IMG/VR virus record: IMGVR_UViG_3300031825_000008
Span: 1-64,000 of that record
Direction: 5' to 3' (one strand)
Source: a virus
Length of the DNA: 64,000 nt
Part shown: positions 36,072-43,767 of the stretch, piece after piece
Position numbering within the stretch: position 1 is the first letter of the stretch
Layout of the letters: each line of letters begins with the position of its first letter
Made by a program: the position numbers and the translations under genes
Notes under the pieces: model-generated
The model's input: only the letters and a program-made list of their open reading frames with translations
What the model was told of the DNA's origin: nothing
Databases searched by the model: none

Positions 36072-36701
36072 CTAGTCAATCGGTAGGTCCCGCGCCTCAA
36101 GTTCCTCCAAGCACACGAAGCGTGTTCCTCGGATTTCAATGTCGCGGGATTGGTGCCAATGACCGAATACCCACAGCTTGGGTGAGTGCGCCGACCACAT
36201 GGACTGGAACGCCTGCCGGGTACGTGTTCCGCCGGGTTCCAAGTCCTGCTTGTAATGGAGGCCGAACAACTCCACCGCCACGTCCTGCGGACAGTCATGA
36301 GTTACCATTACTCGCGGCTTGGTCTCGACGAACTTATCAGTGAGCGCGTAAAGCTGCTCGGTCGAGCACTCTTCGTCAGGCCACCAGCTGTAACCTTCGA
36401 TTCGCATCGCGCGATCAATGGAAGTCGCGCCACCGATAAACATCATACCCTGTTCGACGTGTCCATCTTCGATCCACTGGCTATGCTTGCGACACGCGCC
36501 GGGGTTATCATGATTACCTCGAATGAAACGGTGACCACCGGGCTCCATGAGATAATAGGGGGGATTTCCTCCTTCCTCACCGTGGGGAAACTTTCGGAAC
36601 CCTACGCCCATGTCGCCCATCTGAATAGTTGGACCCGACGACGAACGTAGAATCCCCTTGTACCTCTTATACTTCCCGTGAACGTCACCAATAAAAATCA
36701 C
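36072..36701 (-). CDS. Calcineurin-like metallophosphoesterase (lambda-PP-like)
   Basis: Motifs IFIGDVHG, GDMG, GNHDN and GHWH. GTG start in a GTGA overlap. Confidence 0.75.
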   Translation of the reverse strand: MIFIGDVHGKYKRYKGILRSSSGPTIQMGDMGVGFRKFPHGEEGGNPPYYLMEPGGHRFIRGNHDNPGACRKHSQWIEDGHVEQGMMFIGGATSIDRAMRIEGYSWWPDEECSTEQLYALTDKFVETKPRVMVTHDCPQDVAVELFGLHYKQDLEPGGTRTRQAFQSMWSAHSPKLWVFGHWHQSRDIEIRGTRFVCLEELEARDLPID

Positions 36702-36946
36702 GACACTGTCTCCAATTGACTGTCCGCCGTGCGGTGCCAGCCCTTGCTCCATTTAACGTTGCCCTTGCGGCGCTTCTTCTGTTCCCATGGCGGGAACACT
36801 TCCTCCCACACTCCGTGCCACGCGACCCAAAACACGCCGGTCGGGACGTTGTCGGCATCAACCTGCACGACGGTCTGCAAGTCACGCTCCGGGCTCACCC
36901 CCGGAGCGTGTTGCGAGGTCGGCCACTTAGGGCGACGGGGTGCCAT
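36698..36946 (-). CDS. Hypothetical protein
   Basis: TGATG coupling; 82 aa. Confidence 0.4.
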   Translation of the reverse strand: MAPRRPKWPTSQHAPGVSPERDLQTVVQVDADNVPTGVFWVAWHGVWEEVFPPWEQKKRRKGNVKWSKGWHRTADSQLETVS

Positions 36947-37662
36947 CAGCGGCGCTTCTTGCCCTTGGGCTTCTTCTCGGTCAGGTGAAGATATTTGGTG
37001 CCCTTGATCTTCATCTTCTTGAGAACAGTGACCATCATTTCAGCGGTCATATGTAGGGACTTAGAATCGTCGAAGCCCATGTCGCGCAGCGATTGAATCA
37101 CATCTTCGGCATTAACGCTGGTATTCACAGAGTCCTCGGACGCGAAATAGTCGTCCTCGACGCGGCGGTAGAAGTCTTCGGCGATTTCCTTCGCCTGCTG
37201 AAGATCAGTGTAGTTCTTGATCTTCATCTTTTGCAATCTAGCGAAGGTGGCGCGGTGGTCCTTCGCTTCTTTCTCGAACTGAGCAGCGCAGATGATGTTC
37301 AGCTGTTCAGCAAGCAGTTTCCTGTATTGGCCGAAATTGAACTTTCCCGCTGATCCAAGTTGGGCAATCGCCACACGGCGAAGCCCCTTGGCGCGATCCT
37401 TGTCGTTCTTCCAGCCGTCCGTGTCGTTCAGACCGATCTTCTCTGAGCGAAGATCGCTATCAACACAGATCGGGTCGTCGCCGTGATCATAACCCATGGC
37501 GAACGACACTGCTGCCTCGACACACATTCTACCGGGTTCAGGGTCTCCGACCCTTCCACCCACAAGACCTTGATCCACCACCGCAAGCACTCGCTTCGCG
37601 GCCATCAAGTCCACAATTTTCACTTCGTGGTCAGGCTTCTTCAACAGGCTGCATTGGGCCAT
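36946..37662 (-). CDS. Hypothetical protein
   Basis: AGGAGGG RBS; 238 aa. Confidence 0.55.
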   Translation of the reverse strand: MAQCSLLKKPDHEVKIVDLMAAKRVLAVVDQGLVGGRVGDPEPGRMCVEAAVSFAMGYDHGDDPICVDSDLRSEKIGLNDTDGWKNDKDRAKGLRRVAIAQLGSAGKFNFGQYRKLLAEQLNIICAAQFEKEAKDHRATFARLQKMKIKNYTDLQQAKEIAEDFYRRVEDDYFASEDSVNTSVNAEDVIQSLRDMGFDDSKSLHMTAEMMVTVLKKMKIKGTKYLHLTEKKPKGKKRR

Positions 37663-37689
37663 GGGAAATTCCCTCCTATGTTGGCCGGT

Positions 37690-37905
37690 TCACCAGTACG
37701 CCAAATATGAATTGGCGGTCTTCTCGCGCTTGTAATTGGCAAGCACGTAGTCGCGTTCCTTGTCGCGCAGCATGCGCCAGTGGCGCTCGACGTGGGCGCG
37801 GACCTCGTCGTCGGAGACGGGGGCACCGCGACGCGCGGCCTGTCGCTCGGACCACGCACGAGCGGCGAGGGTAGCCGACAGGGTGAGGGTGGATGGGGCG
37901 CTCAC
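37690..37905 (-). CDS. Hypothetical protein
   Basis: GTGA coupling; 71 aa. Confidence 0.45.
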   Translation of the reverse strand: MSAPSTLTLSATLAARAWSERQAARRGAPVSDDEVRAHVERHWRMLRDKERDYVLANYKREKTANSYLAYW

Positions 37906-38105
37906 GGCGTCATCCCCTCTTCCTCTCGGTATTTCTTCATATCCTCCGCAATGGCGAGCGCGGCCTGCATAGTCCTAAATTCGGGACCGTGTTCAAAGTG
38001 AGGATTTCCGTGCGACCACGCCTTCTCTTCGACGACTGCCATCGCACGGCGCATGCCTTCTAAGTAGGCGCGTTGCGTCCACTTGAACCATGGTTTGTAT
38101 CTCAC
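37902..38105 (-). CDS. Hypothetical protein
   Basis: GTG start in a GTGA overlap; 67 aa. Confidence 0.45.
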   Translation of the reverse strand: MRYKPWFKWTQRAYLEGMRRAMAVVEEKAWSHGNPHFEHGPEFRTMQAALAIAEDMKKYREEEGMTP

Positions 38106-38209
38106 CGGCCCCTCCACACGATGTAAGTGGCGGGGACCGCCGCGAGCAGGATGCAAACCACCGCCGCGACGTACCAAAACGTATTCGGGTCTGGGGCATA
38201 ACAGGCCAT
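38102..38209 (-). CDS. 35-aa single-TM peptide
   Basis: AGGAGGA RBS. Translation: MACYAPDPNTFWYVAAVVCILLAAVPATYIVWRGR. Confidence 0.45.
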   Translation of the reverse strand: MACYAPDPNTFWYVAAVVCILLAAVPATYIVWRGR

Positions 38210-38234
38210 TCTAAGTCCTCCTATCTACCTGTCA

Positions 38235-38263
38235 AGTATACCACGGACCGGACCCCATGTCAA
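38235..38263 (-). promoter_or_regulatory. Consensus sigma70-type promoter
   Basis: Minus strand reads TTGACA-17 nt-TATACT with TGg extended -10. The upstream gene's TGA lies inside the -35. Confidence 0.75.
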
Positions 38264-38436
38264 GGGTCCTTCTTTTCTTCCTCGACGGCACCGGACTGGT
38301 TCGCCGCGTGCCAGAGGTGACCGATCTTATCCGTGAGGCCCTTGGCGTCCTCGACGCGATTATAGTCATACACGTCGCCGTTACCGGCACGGGCGCGGTT
38401 CAGCAGGTAGTGAATGATGAAAGTGCGCTTGTCCAT
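38260..38436 (-). CDS. Hypothetical 58-aa protein
   Basis: GGAG RBS. Translation begins MDKRTFIIHYLLNRARAGNGDVYDYNRVEDAKGL... Confidence 0.45.
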   Translation of the reverse strand: MDKRTFIIHYLLNRARAGNGDVYDYNRVEDAKGLTDKIGHLWHAANQSGAVEEEKKDP

Positions 38437-38444
38437 AGATGCTC

Positions 38445-38660
38445 CTATTGTTCATTTGCCATTACGTCAGTGGATTTTACCCACCTACCGTGTCGGCAAT
38501 TCTTCCTAACGTCTTGTGGGCAGCCGCAGTAACCCGGCGGCATACAACACCCATAGTAACCAGCTTTTTCTGCCAGCATCTTGTTCTTAGGCGCGTGCTT
38601 GCAGTCGTCTTCGTCGACGCACTTGCGGTCGCATCCGGGGCATGGTCGCCAGCCAATCAT
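38445..38660 (-). CDS. Cys-rich small protein
   Basis: ATGA coupling; 71 aa with 11 Cys. Confidence 0.5.
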   Translation of the reverse strand: MIGWRPCPGCDRKCVDEDDCKHAPKNKMLAEKAGYYGCCMPPGYCGCPQDVRKNCRHGRWVKSTDVMANEQ

Positions 38661-39004
38661 GCGTCCTCCAGCACTTTGTGATTAGCGGGGTTCAGGAGAG
38701 CGGTGAAGATCGAAATGTCGGTCTCGGTGCGCTTGATGGGCGCGAACCACGTACACGGAAAGCCCATTTCCATGATACGTGGGCCAGGGGTAGTGTGCCA
38801 CGCGCACCGGGGGTTCACCACTTCCACCAAACGGACCAGCTGCTCAGGTTGGCCGTCGCTCCAGATGAAGCCGTCTTCCACGTCGCGAACGACGTACTTG
38901 CGTCCCTTACGCGGGCGGTGTGGCACGAACTCTCGCACTTCTTCCCATCTGCGGTGGTCCGAGACCTTCACGCACAGGACCTCTTGGCCGGGAGAAAACA
39001 TCAC
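38657..39004 (-). CDS. Hypothetical protein with an SH3-like N-terminal hook
   Basis: FSPGQEVLCV start; coupled to the upstream gene. Confidence 0.5.
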   Translation of the reverse strand: MMFSPGQEVLCVKVSDHRRWEEVREFVPHRPRKGRKYVVRDVEDGFIWSDGQPEQLVRLVEVVNPRCAWHTTPGPRIMEMGFPCTWFAPIKRTETDISIFTALLNPANHKVLEDA

Positions 39005-39582
39005 GCGACCCCTTCACCCTCGACGAGTTCAATCTCCAGACCAGCTACGATGTTGTGTCCATATTTCTTAAGATTGGCGACGGTTTGCCCCTGATAAAGG
39101 GAAAGTGTGCCATTTTTATTCATAACGACGGCAGCCTTGCGGCGCTTGGGCTCGGGCGGAATGTTCTCTGCGTACCCTTCATTTTCCAACAATGGTGTAC
39201 CATCCTGTTTACATAACTGCGAGCAATAGGCGTTGGGCTCATACTCTAGAGCCAAAAGGACCAAATGCTCTCCCGGAAATCCTTTTGCCTTCCATTCAGT
39301 AGTCATCACCTTGGCTGGTGACACCTTCTTGGTTTTACCAATGAATTGGACCGGCTTCGACCAGTCGATGGGCTTGGGCAGAGGGAGCGGATGGGAGAGG
39401 AGTTCGGCGGTGGACAACCAAACATACTTAGCCGCCCTCCCGTTTGCCCTTATTTTCAGAATGTCAATGTGAGGTGTGACGTCCTCCACCACCCCTTCGT
39501 GTGGGGGCCCCACTCTCCTATTTCCGTCAATCTGTCCACTCCACCCCCGCACTCGGTCACCCACCTTGATCTGTTGCGTCAT
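39001..39582 (-). CDS. Hypothetical protein with an SH3/KOW-like N-terminus
   Basis: IKVGDRVRGW, close to the FRIGQRVRGW of array member 1. TAGGAG RBS. Confidence 0.55.
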   Translation of the reverse strand: MTQQIKVGDRVRGWSGQIDGNRRVGPPHEGVVEDVTPHIDILKIRANGRAAKYVWLSTAELLSHPLPLPKPIDWSKPVQFIGKTKKVSPAKVMTTEWKAKGFPGEHLVLLALEYEPNAYCSQLCKQDGTPLLENEGYAENIPPEPKRRKAAVVMNKNGTLSLYQGQTVANLKKYGHNIVAGLEIELVEGEGVA

Positions 39583-39630
39583 CGCGCGCTCCTATGCCTC
39601 GTCACTGTGGACGCTAGCACGGGGGCGCGA

Positions 39631-39909
39631 TCAGCTCAAGGGGTGGTTGTGCGCCAACGGGTGCCGCCATCCGTTGCAATGGCCTATTTCGTGACGGCGG
39701 AGCCTTAGGAAGGTGTAAAGTGACACGCCGCCCGGTCCAAGTTTGGGGAGGGCAATGATGCAGATTCCATGCTTGATGAACGTGTCCTTCATGCAAGCGT
39801 AGAACTTACCGTGGCAGTACGTCTCCAGTTCGTCCCACCCCAGCCGCAATTCAATGACCTTACCTGCGTAAGGAACATCAAACTGCGGAGGGGGGAGGTC
39901 AACGATCAT
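39631..39909 (-). CDS. Mini-metzincin-like zinc protease candidate (92 aa)
   Basis: HEIGHCNGWRH fits HExxHxxGxxH. Confidence 0.5.
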   Translation of the reverse strand: MIVDLPPPQFDVPYAGKVIELRLGWDELETYCHGKFYACMKDTFIKHGICIIALPKLGPGGVSLYTFLRLRRHEIGHCNGWRHPLAHNHPLS

Positions 39910-40124
39910 TCGCCAATCGCGTCGAGGTACGCGCCTTCGGCGGTGGGGAACGGCCCATGGAAACGAAGACGCGCTTGGGGCGACCCGAACACCCAGTAGT
40001 ATTCGCCCCTAAAGGGGAACACATGGAAGTGAAGGAGCCCAAGCTTGTGTTCACCCAAGAATGTCAGAGTGACACTGTCGACGAGACCCGAAGAACCCTG
40101 TTGCTGCGGAGCCATGTTCTTCAC
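39906..40124 (-). CDS. Hypothetical protein
   Basis: GTGA coupling, or ATG at 40115. Confidence 0.45.
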   Translation of the reverse strand: MKNMAPQQQGSSGLVDSVTLTFLGEHKLGLLHFHVFPFRGEYYWVFGSPQARLRFHGPFPTAEGAYLDAIGE

Positions 40125-40333
40125 TCCTGCGGCACATTCATCAGGAGACAGTGACGCGCCCAGATCAGCTTCTCGCGGTCGATGGTGGCCTGAGAATGAC
40201 CGGCCATCTTCTCGTTGAGAAGCTTACGCGCATTCTCAACGGTTTGGACAAAGCAGGAGACGACTTCGTCCTGACGAGCAATGGCTCGATCCATTGCCTT
40301 CACAGCTGGGTGGTCAGACTGAACTTCGCTCAT
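40121..40333 (-). CDS. Hypothetical protein
   Basis: AGGGGA RBS; first gene after the promoter. Confidence 0.5.
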   Translation of the reverse strand: MSEVQSDHPAVKAMDRAIARQDEVVSCFVQTVENARKLLNEKMAGHSQATIDREKLIWARHCLLMNVPQE

Positions 40334-40382
40334 TGGTATCCCCTATGTCTCGACACGGGCGGACGATCCGCGCGTTATGTCA

Positions 40383-40411
40383 AGTATAGCACAGGGGGTG
40401 GGCCGTGTCTA
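40383..40411 (-). promoter_or_regulatory. Sigma70-type promoter
   Basis: Minus strand reads TAGACA-17 nt-TATACT. The upstream gene's TAG lies inside the -35. Confidence 0.65.
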
Positions 40412-40525
40412 GTCAAATTCGTCGTGCGTCAATACACGAATGAACGCCATAAGAGCTAACAGCCACAGCAGACCCAGCACCCCTACCACCATAAAAGCAA
40501 TTATCACATAATCTGATTTTGTCAT
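40409..40525 (-). CDS. 38-aa single-TM peptide
   Basis: TAATG coupling. Translation: MTKSDYVIIAFMVVGVLGLLWLLALMAFIRVLTHDEFD. Confidence 0.4.
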   Translation of the reverse strand: MTKSDYVIIAFMVVGVLGLLWLLALMAFIRVLTHDEFD

Positions 40526-40647
40526 TATTGCGACCACATATTTACGTACGCCAGCCACTTCCATCGGAATGGGCCGTATTCGTAGATGAAGCCATCACCC
40601 ATCACACGCACCCAATAGGTGTTCTTCTTTTTGATTACGTTGGGCAT
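40525..40647 (-). CDS. 40-aa Trp-rich peptide
   Basis: GGAGGA RBS. Translation begins MPNVIKKKNTYWVRVMGDGFIYEYGPFRWKW... Confidence 0.4.
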   Translation of the reverse strand: MPNVIKKKNTYWVRVMGDGFIYEYGPFRWKWLAYVNMWSQ

Positions 40648-40856
40648 TCGTCCTCCAGACACTTGAGGGTGGGCAACGTGATCTTTTTCTTGCGGTTGGA
40701 GTGGCACTTGACCACCGACCAAAACTGCTGCTCGTCGGTGCGGCGCGAAAGCGCGACCGCCACGTCGTCGAACAGACCGCGCGTATAGCCATGAATGGCA
40801 CGGGCCGACACGGTGTGGTTGCCGTAAGACGGTCGGGTGAATCGAGTGCGTGCCAT
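40635..40856 (-). CDS. Hypothetical protein
   Basis: TAATG coupling; 73 aa. Confidence 0.45.
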   Translation of the reverse strand: MARTRFTRPSYGNHTVSARAIHGYTRGLFDDVAVALSRRTDEQQFWSVVKCHSNRKKKITLPTLKCLEDECPT

Positions 40857-41443
40857 TAGTCGGCGTCTCCGGGGCGGCGAACAGCATCTCGCGCCCATCG
40901 AGCCAGTGCCTCGACTTCGAGTCGGTGCTGTTGCTGCGCGGCGTCGTTGGCATGGTCGTCATGGTTACCAGCGGCCATGCGTCCAATCTGGACGCCAACA
41001 GGATGCCAGTGGTATTCAACCGCTGGTCCAAGCGCAGCCGGATTACCCACCGCCAGATATGGGTCGACTGGATGCTCCACCGCGTTCAGCGCGACGCCGT
41101 CGCCCGCAGGAACGGCTACCTTGTCCTGCGCTTCCTTGGCGATCAGGTAAGCCATCACCGCGAACTCGGCGGGGTCGATGTTAAGATTAGGCTCGGCGGC
41201 AATGAAGCGCGACGCGGCACGAAGCGCCACGGTCACCGCGTTCATCACGGCCAGGGGGCGCTCTTTCAGATTGATGTTGGCCACGGCGGCGAGGGTGTAA
41301 TAAATCTTGTCTTCGTAAGCGACGACATGCCTCTTGTTCTTCTCAGCCCACTTGCCCGCCAGTTCCGTCGCCACGGAGTCCACGTGGGACAACGGCGCGT
41401 TGGCCACGGCCTCTGCGATCTGTTTTAGGTCAACGGCCATCAA
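40856..41443 (-). CDS. Hypothetical protein
   Basis: AGGGAG RBS; 195 aa. Confidence 0.55.
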   Translation of the reverse strand: MMAVDLKQIAEAVANAPLSHVDSVATELAGKWAEKNKRHVVAYEDKIYYTLAAVANINLKERPLAVMNAVTVALRAASRFIAAEPNLNIDPAEFAVMAYLIAKEAQDKVAVPAGDGVALNAVEHPVDPYLAVGNPAALGPAVEYHWHPVGVQIGRMAAGNHDDHANDAAQQQHRLEVEALARWARDAVRRPGDAD

Positions 41444-41615
41444 ACGAACTCCCTGTTATAGGCGGCACGGGCCACTTGGAGGGCGGAACGAGTCGCGTTG
41501 TCGCTCCGTCGGTCTCCGGGGCGGTGGGAACCCAGTTGCCTCCAGCCCCGTTAGCGCAGTGCAGCCCACGTGTGATGCGCCTAGGACTATCAACGACAGC
41601 TTGGCCCGTGCCATC

Positions 41616-41660
41616 GGGGAGACTAGCACGGGCCATCAGCCGGGGGCAGGGGCGTTGAGG
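41616..41660. repeat. 45-bp intergenic element, copy A
   Basis: GGGGAGACTAGCACGGG-9 nt-GGGGGCAGGGGCGTTGAGG, abutting the stop of the 41661 gene. Confidence 0.85.
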
Positions 41661-41927
41661 TCAAACTCTCCAAAGGGGTTCGGTCAAGGTCTGACCGAGA
41701 GCGTAACCTTTGATCCGTTCGGTAAGATCAACCGGCGTACCGCCAATGTCAAAATTCCACTTGTCATGGAGCGCCACACCACTGGCGATGTATTGGTGCT
41801 CGCCTCTGGGCTCTTGCCCAACAGGGAACGACCAAACACCAATAACCATGAAAAGGGTAGTATTGGGCTTGAACTTGATGTAAGGCGTCTTACTTGCCTC
41901 ACGGAAGATTAACTGTCCTGTTATCAT
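41661..41927 (-). CDS. Hypothetical protein
   Basis: ATGA coupling; 88 aa. Confidence 0.5.
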   Translation of the reverse strand: MITGQLIFREASKTPYIKFKPNTTLFMVIGVWSFPVGQEPRGEHQYIASGVALHDKWNFDIGGTPVDLTERIKGYALGQTLTEPLWRV

Positions 41928-42052
41928 TTCACTCTCCTATGTTTGCGGCATGCCAGCCGCGTGGCCTCTTTGCGTTTGTCCTTCACCACGCGCTTGCGGT
42001 ACTTGGGGGTCCGCAAGTCGCGATGAATGGGGGAGCGCGTTACCCTAGCCAT
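41924..42052 (-). CDS. 42-aa highly basic peptide (ArfA-like by eye)
   Basis: Translation: MARVTRSPIHRDLRTPKYRKRVVKDKRKEATRLACRKHRRVK. Confidence 0.35.
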   Translation of the reverse strand: MARVTRSPIHRDLRTPKYRKRVVKDKRKEATRLACRKHRRVK

Positions 42053-42129
42053 ATCAAAACTAGTGTTAATACTCCACCGATGGTCCCACCCACGACCGCT
42101 CCTATAACCGCCGTTAATAAGTAACCCAT
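42040..42129 (-). CDS. 29-aa TM peptide
   Basis: Translation: MGYLLTAVIGAVVGGTIGGVLTLVLIWLG. Confidence 0.3.
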   Translation of the reverse strand: MGYLLTAVIGAVVGGTIGGVLTLVLIWLG

Positions 42130-42130
42130 T

Positions 42131-42415
42131 TCACATCCCTCCATTGCCCACGAGCCACGTGATGTTCTCTTCGTTCTTCGGCCACGCCTTGGGCGTGCGC
42201 GGCCACCAGTAACCGAGCAAGCGCGGGTCGTCCTTGGACTGCACGAGGACCCGGTGCTCGGCCCCGTAGGACGGGCCGGACCGCTCGACGTCGGCCTGAT
42301 AGCCGTGCCCGCGCAGACGGGCCACGACCGCCCGCGCGTGGTCGCGCTTGTTAAACGTGCCGGTCTCGTAGTCGAAACCAGCGACGGGGTCGTTAATGAT
42401 GTTACTGCGCGGCAT
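42131..42415 (-). CDS. Hypothetical protein
   Basis: GGAGGGA RBS; TAATG coupling. Confidence 0.5.
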   Translation of the reverse strand: MPRSNIINDPVAGFDYETGTFNKRDHARAVVARLRGHGYQADVERSGPSYGAEHRVLVQSKDDPRLLGYWWPRTPKAWPKNEENITWLVGNGGM

Positions 42416-42657
42416 TAGTCCCTCCAATCGTGAACTGGGCCACCACGTTGGCCCTTCGTGTATTCGGACACGAGAATGCCATGGCCGTACACTTTCGTGG
42501 CCACGGAGATTGCGTTGTCGGTAACGTCCACGCCCCAGCCGTAATTGGCCATGTCGGCGGCGCGCTCGCCGCAGGACTTGGTAATCAGGTCCACCTGCTC
42601 GCTGTAAATGCGGTCTTCCGCGCGGCGGACCCAGCGGTAGTCATTACCCTTGGCCAT
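42415..42657 (-). CDS. Hypothetical protein
   Basis: 80 aa from the internal ATG. Confidence 0.45.
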   Translation of the reverse strand: MAKGNDYRWVRRAEDRIYSEQVDLITKSCGERAADMANYGWGVDVTDNAISVATKVYGHGILVSEYTKGQRGGPVHDWRD

Positions 42658-42883
42658 CGATCGCTCCCACCAGTTCGAGGTGGTCGACGGCCTCACGGGC
42701 AAGCGTCTCAAAATCGTTGCCAACGATCATGAAACCCTCATGGTCGTCATCAGGGTCCCACACCACCGCCGTCCCGGGGTAGGCTGCCGCGCGTTCAACC
42801 AACTTGGGATTAGCAACCTGTTCGAAGTCTGGTCGCTTATCGATGCGATAGCCAAACTTCTCTAACGTCTGTTTCGGGGTCAC
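42644..42883 (-). CDS. Hypothetical protein
   Basis: GTG start with TAGGAGAGGG RBS. Confidence 0.5.
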   Translation of the reverse strand: MTPKQTLEKFGYRIDKRPDFEQVANPKLVERAAAYPGTAVVWDPDDDHEGFMIVGNDFETLAREAVDHLELVGAIDGQG

Positions 42884-42910
42884 GGCCCTCTCCTATGTCT
42901 GACCATGCCA

Positions 42911-42939
42911 AGTATACCACGACGCGCGGGGCGTGTCTA
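42911..42939 (-). promoter_or_regulatory. Sigma70-type promoter
   Basis: Minus strand reads TAGACA-17 nt-TATACT with TGg. Confidence 0.65.
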
Positions 42940-42950
42940 GTCGAGTTCGA

Positions 42951-43178
42951 TCACGACCTACTCTGGAAGTAAGTTACCTCGTGTCCTAGCTTCTTAAGAA
43001 TCTCCTCATAGACCTCGCCTTGGTCCCAGTTGTCCCCACCAAAGCAATGAGCAACTGGCTTAAGCTCCAATTCGACCTTGCCGTCGATTATGACTCTAGC
43101 GCCTTCGGCGTAGGAAGTTCCGCAGGTCTCGCAGTTGTGACCCGAGTCCCACAGCCATTCAATTTCGATCTTAGCCAT
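42951..43178 (-). CDS. Hypothetical protein with a CxxC pair
   Basis: TAATG coupling; 75 aa. Confidence 0.5.
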   Translation of the reverse strand: MAKIEIEWLWDSGHNCETCGTSYAEGARVIIDGKVELELKPVAHCFGGDNWDQGEVYEEILKKLGHEVTYFQSRS

Positions 43179-43633
43179 TATTCCACCTTATAAATTTCTA
43201 CTGGTACGCCCGCCTTCTTAGCGATACGAACCATGTGCCACGTGCCCTTAGAGTTCTTGGAGGGGAAAGCGACAACTAGGTCCGGTTTGCCCTCGTCCAG
43301 CATTTGCTGGTTCCGAATAGTACCGGCGGCTTTACCGTACAGGTCCCACGCGGCGGGGAACATGCGATGCTGGCAGAAATTGACATGGGCGAAGTCTGCT
43401 GCGGCGGAATCCACGCCTCGCGCGCCACCCTCGATGATCGTAATGTCGGTGGGCAACCAGTTGTCGGTGTCCGAACGCTGTTTGGAGTGTATATAAACGA
43501 GGTCGTGGAGGACCTTGTGAATCCGTTTATACTGCTCGAGTTTCGGTTTAAGGCGCTCGGCCTCTTGTTCGGGAGGGAGCGTAGTTCCAGTCGTGTCGGC
43601 AATATCACGGGAGCCACAGACAAGAATGTTCAT
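43178..43633 (-). CDS. SLOG-superfamily protein (YspA/DUF2493-like)
   Basis: ILVCGSRD...IIEGGARGVDSAAADFA...AAWDLYGKAAGTIRNQQML...DLVVAF. Confidence 0.6.
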   Translation of the reverse strand: MNILVCGSRDIADTTGTTLPPEQEAERLKPKLEQYKRIHKVLHDLVYIHSKQRSDTDNWLPTDITIIEGGARGVDSAAADFAHVNFCQHRMFPAAWDLYGKAAGTIRNQQMLDEGKPDLVVAFPSKNSKGTWHMVRIAKKAGVPVEIYKVE

Positions 43634-43767
43634 GACAGGAAGATCACGATGGGTAGGCACAGCCAGAGCCACCACCAGCTACCCGTGTAAATAAACAGCC
43701 CGATGCCTGCAACGACGGACGTCAAACACGCGGCGACCAGAAGGACTGGCCAGAGTTTGCTCCACAT
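43630..43767 (-). CDS. 45-aa two-TM peptide
   Basis: Translation: MWSKLWPVLLVAACLTSVVAGIGLFIYTGSWWWLWLCLPIVIFLS. ATGA coupling. Confidence 0.4.
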   Translation of the reverse strand: MWSKLWPVLLVAACLTSVVAGIGLFIYTGSWWWLWLCLPIVIFLS

